From Eledone cirrhosa (lineage: Eukaryota), in the NCBI GenBank assembly GCA_964016885.1, contig OZ024765.1:5456001-5520000 (forward strand): a stretch of DNA of 64,000 bases. Direction: 5' to 3'. Positions 54,222 through 64,000 of this stretch are shown one piece after another. The position numbers and the translations under genes were made by a program. The notes under the pieces are model-generated. The model was not told the origin of the DNA. It ran no database searches and saw only the letters and a program-made list of their open reading frames with translations. The first letter of the stretch is position 1. Each line of letters begins with the position of its first letter.

Positions 54222-55000
54222 AATATAATAATAATAATAATAATGAAATTATTGTGTAAAGTGCTCAGGTGCACCACAACTCGTCAATATAGTACATAGA
54301 ATAATACACAAATGCCAGGGAAGTACATGTTTGTATGTGTTAGCTGTAGTATTGGCGGATCTCGGGAAGCATGAAGGCCTTAAAGGTTGCAGTGTCTCGA
54401 CAGCTAACAACTGATGCAGGTAGTTTGTTCCATGCTTCAGCAACTCTGAGCGTGAAAAAATGTTTCCGAAAGTCATGGGAACTGTGCTGTTTTCTTACTT
54501 TGTGGGCATGTCCACGTGTGTTAGACACAAGGAAATCGAAAAGGCACTCAGGGTTGTTGTTGGCAACATGGTTAACAATTTTGTGGGTGTTTACCAAGTC
54601 AGTTGCCAGGCGTCGGAGCTTCAATGAATCCATGCCCAGGGAAGCAAGGCGATCAGAGTATGGTAGATGCCTGATGGAGGGTATTCGCTTGGTTGCACGT
54701 CTCTGAACAGTTTCCAGGCGGTCAATGTCCTGAGCAAGATAGGGGTTCCAGACTGGTGATGCAAATTCTAAGTGTGGTCGCACCATAGCCATGTACAGCT
54801 TTAAATGGATATTTGGAGAGCGGCTGACAAAGGTCTTGCTGAGTGATGCTAAGACACCCTCGGCCCTCTTGACAATTTTAGAGACGTGCCTCGTCCAACG
54901 CAAATCGCTGCTGACCGTAATGCCCAGGTCACGTTCACAGGAAGACTTCTTGATATTAGTGTTGTGGAGGGAGTATGTGGATGCTGGGTTTTTACTCCCT
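54222..55000 (-). pseudogene. 5'-truncated CR1-type LINE 3' end (post-RT ORF2, short 3' UTR, (ATT)n tail)
   Basis: ERDLGI...LYMAMVRPHLEFASPVWNP...LETVQRRATK...TRGH...FFTLRVAEAWNKLP; stop at 54340; (TAA)n on + at 54225-54244. Confidence 0.92.
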
Positions 55001-55907
55001 GATTGTATATACATGTATATATGTATATATCCCTATGGATGTCTATGCATGCATATGTGGGTATGTGTATATACATATACCTGTGTATCTGTATGTGTAT
55101 ACATATACCTGTGTATATCTATGTGTTTGTATGTATATATGTATATATGTGTGTATATGAGTGTATACATGTGTATATGTATGTGTTTGTGTATGTGTAT
55201 ACATGTGTATATGTATGTATGTGTAAATGTGTGTATACATATGCATGTATATGTATATCTGTGTGTATATGTGTGTGTATACATATGTATATGTATATGT
55301 GTATATATATGTGTGTGTGTGTGTACATATATATGTAAATGTGCATACATATACATGTATGTGTATATGTGTGTGTGCATACATATATATGTATGTGTAT
55401 ATGTGTGTGTGTATACATATATATGTATGTGTATATGTGTATACATATATATGTATGTGTATGTGTGTATATGTGTGTGCATACATATATATGTATGTGT
55501 ATATGCGTGTGTGTATACATATATATGTATGTGTGTATCTATGTATATGTGTATACATATATATGAATGTGTATGTGTGTATACATAAATATGTATGTGT
55601 ATATGTGTATATGTGTGTGTGTATAAATATATATGTATGTGTGTATCTATGTATATGTGTGTCTGTGTATACATATATATGTATGTGTGTATCTATGTAT
55701 ATGTGTGTCTGTGTATACATATATATGTATGTGTATGTGTGAAATTCTCTGATCTCTTCAATTGATCTTTTTGCATCTCTCTAAACACGCCCCCCCCCCC
55801 ACTCCTTCACCCCACTGGTCTTCCCCTCCTCATCAAACATGGTTTAATATCAATAAAACCCTTTCTCCCTTTTAATTTAAACAGTACAATTTTCAGGGTC
55901 ACATGTT

Positions 55908-56014
<107 letters not shown>

Positions 56015-56071
56015 GTGTAGTGTGTATATATATATATATATATATATAAATGAGAGGTATAGAAATTGTTG

Positions 56072-56104
<33 letters not shown>

Positions 56105-56280
56105 ATATATGTGTGTGTATATATATATATATGTGTGTGTATATATGTGTGTGTATATATATAATATATGTATGTATGTATATGTGTGTGTGTATATATA
56201 TATATGTCTGTGTGTATATATATATATATATGTGTAGTGTGTATATATATATATATAAATGAGAGGTATAGAAATTGTTG

Positions 56281-56313
<33 letters not shown>

Positions 56314-56458
56314 ATATATGTGTGTGTATATATATATATATATGTATGTATGTGTGTGTGTATATATATATATATATGTCTGTGTGTATATATATATATA
56401 TATGTGTGTATATATATGTGTGTGTGTGTATATATGTGTGTGTGTGTATATATATGTG

Positions 56459-56489
<31 letters not shown>

Positions 56490-57833
56490 ACATGTGTGTG
56501 TGTGTGTGTACATATATGTGTGTGATTGTCTCCGTCATGTACCAGTATCTCTGGTGGTAGAGGTAGCCCAGTGGTTACAGTGTTGGACACACACTGGTAG
56601 TGTCTTCAGCTCCTCTGCCCTTCTCTCCACCCCACACCTAACCCTATGAAGGGCTACTGACCAACCCAAGGATGGATTCTTAGCTGCTTACTACCACAGT
56701 GGTAGTAATAGTGGTGTTGGTGGTGGTGGTGTAGTGTGGTGGTGGTGTTGGTGGTGCTGTAGTGGTGGTGGTGGTGGTGGTGTAGTGTGGTGGTGGTGGT
56801 AGTGTTGGTGGTGCTGTAGTGGTGGTGGTGGTAGTGTTGGTGGTGCTGTAGTGGTGGTGGTGGTAGTGTTGGTGGTGCTGTAGTGGTGGTGGTGGTGGTG
56901 TTGGTGGTGCTGTAGTGTGGTGGTGGTGTTGGTGGTGGTATGGTGGTAGTGGTGGGGTGTGGTGGTTCAGGTGGTGGTGGTGTTGGTATGGTAGTGGTGG
57001 TGGTGGTGGTGGTAGTGTGGTGGTGGTTGCATGGTAGTGGTGGTGGTGGTGGTGTGGTGGTATAGTGGTGTGGTGGTAGTGGTGTGGTGGTGGTGGTGTG
57101 GTGGTGGTGGTGTTTGCAGGTTACACAGAAGAGATATAATTATAGTTTTTTAAGGATGTTCTGTGGGATTACAGTAGGTTCTCTGATGTTTTCTATCTTA
57201 AAGATCACACACACACATACACGCATACACACAGACACACACACACAGACACACACACATAGACACACACACACATAGACACATAGACACACACATACAC
57301 GCATACACACAGACACACACACACACACAGACACACACACATAGACACACACACACATAGACACACACACACATAGACACACACACATACACGCATACAC
57401 ACACACACACACACAGACACACACACATAGACACACACACACATAGACACACACACACATAGACACACACACACATAGACACACACACATACACACATAG
57501 ACACACACATACACACACATACACACAGACACACACACACAGACACACACACATAGACACACACACATACACACATAGACACACACACATACACACAGAC
57601 ACACACACATGCACACAGACACACACACATAGACACACACACACACACACATAGACACACACACATACACACAGACACACACACATGCACAGATACACAT
57701 ACAGACACACACACAGATATACAGACACACAGACACACACACATACACACACATACATATACAGACACATATATATATATACACATATATATATATACAC
57801 ATATATATATATATATATATATGGAGAGAGAGT

Positions 57834-57870
<37 letters not shown>

Positions 57871-58402
57871 ATAGATAGGTAGATATGTAGATTGATTTAT
57901 TGAATAATTCATTGATTCCAGGAATTCTTGGCTTCTGTTTTTATGTGATGAGGTAAACCTTTAGGGTCAAATGGAACCTTCCTTCCACCCCCAGCTCCAT
58001 GTATAAACCCTCCCCTACACTGCTCCACCCCAGCCTAGAGCCCATTTTCAGTTATATTCCAAACAACTTAATAATTAGAAGGTTTAATTATATTAATAAA
58101 TCTCTCCTAATTCCTGATTATTTTAAAAATTATTTGAAAATCAGTCAGTGTCTTTCATTAGAAATATGGTAACATTTTATATTAGAACCTTTGTTAAGTT
58201 ATGTTCCCCACATCACTTTAATAATGAGAAAGTTAGTTATATTAGTAAATCTTTACAAATTATTTGAAAATCATACACAGCATCTTTCATTAGAAATATG
58301 GTAAGAAAAGAGTTAAAGTATTTATATTTATCTAAAATCCTTCTTCTGTGAAATTATGTAAAAAACCTTTGTTAAGTTATGTTCCAAACACCAACTTAAT
58401 AA

Positions 58403-58518
58403 TTGTTTCTACTTTTGGCACAAGGCCAGAAATTACCCAGCACATTACTGGTACTTTATTTTATCGACCCAGTAAGGATGAAAGGCAAAGTTAACCTTGG
58501 CACGATTTGAACTCAGAA
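58403..58518 (-). mobile_element. SINE family 2 fragment (another at 58680-58740 +)
   Basis: Similarity to the 23075 family. Confidence 0.75.
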
Positions 58519-60029
58519 AAAAAACACCAACTTAATAATGAGAAAGTTATATTACTAAATCCCTCCAAATTCTTGATTATTTTAAAAATTATTTGGAAAC
58601 CACAGGTAGTGTCTTTTATTAGAAATATAGTATTGAAATAGTTACACTCAAATATAACCCGACCCCATTATTTTATGAAAATAAAGTACCAGTAATGCAC
58701 TGGGTAATTGCTGGCCTTGTGCCAAAAGAAGAAACAATTACTTTATGTCTGAGAAATGGACAAAATTTCAAACCTTATTTACATAGAATTTGAAGTTAGT
58801 GAAAATCATCAAAATATTGACCCTGAATATAAGCCGACCCTTTTCTACCATTGATTGTAGTGGTGTGGTGGTGGTGGTGGTGGTGGTGGTGGTGGTGGTG
58901 GTAGTGGTGTGGTGGTGGTTGTGGTGCTGGTGGTGGTGTGTTTGTGGTGGTAGGGTGTTGTTGTTGGTGGATGGTGGTGTTGGTAGTGGTGGTGGTGGTG
59001 GTGTTGGTAGTGGTGTGGTGGTGGTGGTGGTGGTGGTGGTGGTAGTGGTGTGGTGGTGGTGGTGGTGGTGGTAGTGGTGTGGTTGTGGTGTGGTGCTGGT
59101 GGTGGTGTGTTTGTGGTGGTAGGGTGTTGTTGTTGGTGGATGGTGGTGTTGGTGGTGGTGTTGGTAGTGGTGTGGTGGTGGTGGTGGTAGTGGTGTGGTG
59201 GTGGTGTGGTGGTGGTTGTGGTGTGGTGCTGGTGGTAGGGTGTTGTTGTTGGTGGATGGTGGTGTTGGTAGTGGTGGTGGTGGTCGTTGCTGTCATCTGT
59301 TAGTGGTGGTGGTAGTGGTGTTGTTTGTGTTGGTGTGGTGGTTGTGGTGGTGGTGGTGGTGGTGGTGGTGGTGGTGGTGGTGGTGGTAGTGGTGGTTTGG
59401 TGGTTTGATTGTGGTGATGCTGCCGTAATCATGGTGGTGATGGTGGTGGTGGTGGTGGTGGCCTGTAAAATGATGGTGGTGGTGTTTAGTCATATATAGA
59501 GATAATGGGGTGGGCGGGAAGGTGTGGGGATGGGTTGGTCGGAAGGAAATAGAATTAATTTTAGTGTGAGGCGTCTATAATTAGTGTTGACGAAGGTGTA
59601 TAATTATAATATATACCTTATTAATTACAGACCTTACTCTATATTATCTCTCTGTTTCTGCTGAGGAACTCACACGCATACATACAGCACACACACACTT
59701 ATATATATATATATATATATATAGCATACACACACATTATATATATATATACAGCACACACACACTTATATATATACATACAGCACACACACACTTATAT
59801 ATATATATATAGCATACACACACTTATATATATATACAGCACACACACACTTATATATATACAAATACATGTATACACACAAATACATGTATACACACAC
59901 ATATATATATATATATGTATATAGCATACACACACACATATATATATACACATACACATTCATAAGTACATATATATATATATACATGTATACACACATG
60001 CCACACACATATATATATGTATATAGCAT

Positions 60030-60076
<47 letters not shown>

Positions 60077-60297
60077 TTCATAAGTACATATATATATATA
60101 CATGTATACACACATGCCACACACACACACACACACATATTTATATATATATGTATATATAGAGAGAGAGAGGGAGACACATAGTTATACATACAAATAT
60201 ACATTTATACAAATATATATATCATCATCATTTAACATCAATTTTCTATATATATATATATATGTGCAGAGGTTATATTTACCTTCTCTCTTTCTCC

Positions 60298-60609
60298 TTC
60301 CTCTTCTTTCTTCTCTCTCCCTTACATATCCTCTTCTTTCTTCTCTCTCCCTTACATATCCTCTTCTTTCTTCTCTCTCCCTTACATATCCTCTTCTTTC
60401 TTCTCTCTCCCTTACATATCCTCTTCTTTCTTCTCTCTCCCTTACATATCCTCTTCTTTCTTCTCTCTCCCTTACATATCCTCTTCTTTCTTCTCTCTCC
60501 CTTACATATCCTCTTCTTTCTTCTCTCTCCCTTACATATCCTCTTCTTTCTTCTCTCTCCCTTACATATCCTCTTCTTTCTTCTCTCTCCCTTACATATC
60601 CTCTTCTTC
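60298..60609. repeat. 30-bp perfect tandem repeat (~10 copies)
   Basis: CTCTTCTTTCTTCTCTCTCCCTTACATATC. Confidence 0.97.
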
Positions 60610-60788
60610 CAACAGTTTAATTTAAATAAACCGTTATCTTTTCAACCTTTCGGACACTCATTTGCATACTCCCTCATAACTTTGTATCACCCCCAATAAA
60701 TGTAATATCTCCACTATCCAGGAAGCTCCAACCATTAAGGTTGTCTTTTTTTCCGGGTATGTCAATATTCATTTATAAAACAAATCTG

Positions 60789-60854
60789 TATTTTATCTGA
60801 TGAAAGCGCACCATAATTTGCCTTGGTTGCCCTTGAAATATGTATAATAAAATA
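60789..60854 (+). ncRNA. Type I hammerhead (family C)
   Basis: TATTTTAT CTGATGA AAGCGCACCA...TGGTTGCCCTT GAA ATATGTAT A^ ATAAAATA; flanks homologous to 48630-48765. Confidence 0.72.
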
Positions 60855-60873
60855 AATATGGTTTTATAAATAT

Positions 60874-60937
<64 letters not shown>

Positions 60938-60939
<2 letters not shown>

Positions 60940-61195
60940 GTAGGAGGTGAGTTTTATTGTAGTACAATAAAGCAATGCAGATATCGGATAAGAAGCACTC
61001 TACAGTTTGTAGGACTGGAGTATACATAATATAAGATCAAAAGATGGTTAAAGGAGTTCCATGTATTTTATTATGCGCATTTCAAAAACAAACATCATCA
61101 TGCAATAATATTTGTGTTTTCATCAGATAAAACAGGAGAACATGATATGGAGGCTAAAAAACACTTGTGGATAGTGCAGTTTTAAATCAACATAT
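60938..61195 (-). mobile_element. HHR family B monomer in (TA)n; HHR at 61066-61132 (-)
   Basis: Matches the left arm of 21384-21642. Confidence 0.85.
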
Positions 61196-61274
61196 ATATA
61201 TATGTATTTGTATATATATATAAAGAGAGAGATATGTAGAATCCTGACTGCGGCACTGTATGCATATATATGTG

Positions 61275-61548
61275 CAGTCCCAGTGGTAAGAGTGTTGTAC
61301 TTACGATCATAATGTCGTGGGTTCGATTCCTGGGCTGCGTGTTGTGTTTTGGAGCAAAACACTTCATTTCACGTTGCTCCAGTATACTCAGCTGAAAATG
61401 AGTACCAGCAATAGCTGGAGGTTTAACCCTGCAATGGACTGGTGTCCTGTCCAGGGGGGAGTCTTGTACTTTCAGTCGCTTCACACCATGAAACCGGGAT
61501 AAGCACCGGCCAAATGAGTCTTCTGGCTTAAGACAGACTTTAGACCTT
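61275..61548 (+). mobile_element. tRNA-derived SINE family 3
   Basis: B box GGTTCGATTCC at 61320; AACCCTGCAATGGACTGG..TCCTGTCCAGGGG central domain. Confidence 0.8.
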
Positions 61549-61740
61549 ATTTATATATATTTACATTTGGAAGAGATGTCAACATGAATGGACCTGTTAT
61601 TTTTATCTAAAGACAATTTTTCCAATTCCAACCCGCCAGTCATTTCACATTGCTCCAATATACTCAGATGAAAATGAGTACCAACAATAACTGGAAGTTT
61701 AATCCTGTGATTGACTGGCATCCTGTCCAGGGGTAAGTCT

Positions 61741-62105
61741 TGTACTCTCAGACGCTTCACACCATGAAAACCAGGAAAAACACTCGCCAAATGACCCTCT
61801 GGACTCAAGACAGACCTTAACTCTGTGATGGACCAACATCCAGGTAAAAGTTTTGTACTCTCAGTCACTTCACACCATGAAAACCAGGAAAAAGACTCGC
61901 CAAATGACCCTCTGGACTCAAGACAGACCTTAACTCTGTGATGGACCAACATCCAGGTAAAAGTTTTGTACTCTCAGTCACTTCACACCATGAAAACCAG
62001 GAAAAAGACTCGCCAAATGACCCTCTGGACTCAAGACAGACCTTAACTCTGTGATGGACCAACATCCAGGTAAAAGTTTTGTACTCTCAGTCACTTCACA
62101 CCTCA
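61741..62105. repeat. 113-bp tandem repeat (~3.2 copies) derived from the SINE family 3 3' half
   Basis: TGTACTCTCAG at 61741, 61854 and 61967. Confidence 0.9.
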
Positions 62106-62300
62106 CAAACTGGAATAAAAAGCAGACTGATGAGCCTCAAGATAGACTTCAACCCTGCGATGGACTGGTGTCTTGTCCAGGGAGAAATCTTGTACTCTCA
62201 ATAGCTTAAAACCACGGAAACCAGGATAAGCTCCAACCTGATGGGTCACCAGGCTTGAGATCGACCTTAGGCTATTTAACCCCATGGTAGCTGCTGTTAC

Positions 62301-62625
62301 AATACTTGATAATTGTTTCTACGTTTGGCACAAGGCCAGCAATTATCCCAGTGCATTACTGGTACTTTATTTTATCGACCCCGTAAGGATGAAAGGCAAA
62401 GTTAACCTCGGTGGGATTTGAACTCAGAATGGCAATACTTGATAATTGTTTCTACGTTTGGCACAAGGCCAGCAATTATCCCAGTGCATTACTGGTACTT
62501 TATTTTATCGACCCCGTAAGGATGAAAGGCAAAGTTAACCTCGGCGGGATTTGAACTCAGAATGGCAAAGGGCCGTAACTCTATGCGTCAAAGCATGGTG
62601 TCCGACCCTCTACCGATACTGCCAG
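62301..62625 (-). mobile_element. SINE family 2 with a tandem duplication of its 3' ~133 bp
   Basis: 62301-62433 is repeated at 62434-62566. Confidence 0.85.
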
Positions 62626-62934
62626 TGATAATGGCTCAGTATTCCACTACACATGGGCTTGAACATGAGACCATATGGTTGATATCCAAACTACTTAACT
62701 ACACAGCCACCATTCCTGTACACTATATCATTCCTAACAGTTTAATTGAGTGAGAAATTGATTAACGGAAGTTATTAGGAAGGAATTACCATTTTGTTTT
62801 TTCTTTCTTTCTTGTTTTCAAATTACTTTTCATATTTATTTATTTATTGTTATTGTTAGTGTTATTATTATTATCGTTTTTATGATTTTTGTGAAACTAC
62901 TTTCAGCTGGTATCTATTGCTGGATTGGAGTTAG

Positions 62935-63236
62935 TCTTTCTGTCTGTCTGTCTTTCTGTCTGTCTGTCTGTCTGTCTCTCTGTCTGTCTCTCTGTCTGTC
63001 TGTCTCTCTGTCTGTCTGTCTCTCTGTCTGTCTGTCTGTCTCTCTGTCTGTCTGTCTCTCTGTCTGTCTGTCTGTCTCTCTGTCTGTCTGTCTGTCTCTC
63101 TGTCTCTCTGTCTGTCTGTCTCTCTGTCTCTCTGTCTGTCTGTCTCTCTGTCTCTCTGTCTGTCTGTCTGTCTCTCTGTCTGTCTGTCTCTCTGTCTCTG
63201 TCTCTCTGTCTGTCTGTCTCTCTGTCTCTCTGTCTG

Positions 63237-63267
<31 letters not shown>

Positions 63268-63402
63268 GTCTCTCTGTCTGTCTGTCTCTCTGTCTCTCTG
63301 TCTGTCTGTCTCTCTGTCTCTCTGTCTGTCTGTCTGTCTCTCTGTCTGTCTGTCTCTCTGTCTCTGTCTCTCTGTCTGTCTGTCTCTCTGTCTCTCTGTC
63401 TG

Positions 63403-63433
<31 letters not shown>

Positions 63434-63726
63434 GTCTCTCTGTCTGTCTGTCTCTCTGTCTCTCTGTCTGTCTGTCTCTCTGTCTCTCTGTCTGTCTGTC
63501 TGTCTCTCTGTCTGTCTGTCTCTCTGTCTCTGTCTCTCTGTCTGTCTGTCTCTCTGTCTCTCTGTCTGTCTGTCTCTCTGTCTGTCTCTCTGTCTCTCTG
63601 TCTGTCTGTCTCTCTGTCTCTCTGTCTGTCTGTCTCTCTGTCTCTCTGTCTGTCTGTCTGTCTCTCTGTCTGTCTGTCTCTCTGTCTCTGTCTCTCTGTC
63701 TGTCTGTCTCTCTGTCTCTCTGTCTG

Positions 63727-63757
<31 letters not shown>

Positions 63758-63892
63758 GTCTCTCTGTCTGTCTGTCTCTCTGTCTCTCTGTCTGTCTGTC
63801 TCTCTGTCTCTCTGTCTGTCTGTCTGTCTCTCTGTCTGTCTGTCTCTCTGTCTCTGTCTCTCTGTCTGTCTGTCTCTCTGTCTCTCTGTCTG

Positions 63893-63923
<31 letters not shown>

Positions 63924-64000
63924 GTCTCTCTGTCTGTCTGTCTCTCTGTCTCTCTGTCTGTCTGTCTCTCTGTCTCTCTGTCTGTCTGTCTGTCTCTCTG
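62935..64000. repeat. (TCTG/TC)n compound microsatellite
   Basis: Direct reading. Confidence 0.97.

Overview
Eukaryotic, extremely repeat-rich DNA with no convincing host protein-coding gene. The SINE families and dense (TA)n/(CA)n/(GGT)n microsatellites suggest an octopus or other cephalopod genome (inference). Nearly all long ORFs in the track are translations of microsatellites or satellites. The real coding remnants are transposon fragments: two RTE-type LINEs, a CR1-type LINE 3' end and a frameshifted hAT-like transposase. The main discovery is a population of hammerhead-ribozyme (HHR) carrying, non-coding, Penelope/retrozyme-like elements inserted in (TA)n tracts. The most striking is a 4.45 kb array at 30241-34689 made of a 591-bp unit: about 4.1 copies on one strand joined head-to-head to about 3.5 copies on the other. 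Each unit carries a type I HHR with a U3-A8 variant core and a palindromic stem III, giving 8 ribozymes. Several further, mutually unrelated HHR families occur, and some repeat the head-to-head-in-(TA)n architecture. Also present are a TTAA/piggyBac-type MITE carrying an expanding 72-bp satellite (with an empty-site paralog in the window), a Merlin-like MITE with an 8-bp TSD, three tRNA-derived SINE families and many minisatellites.
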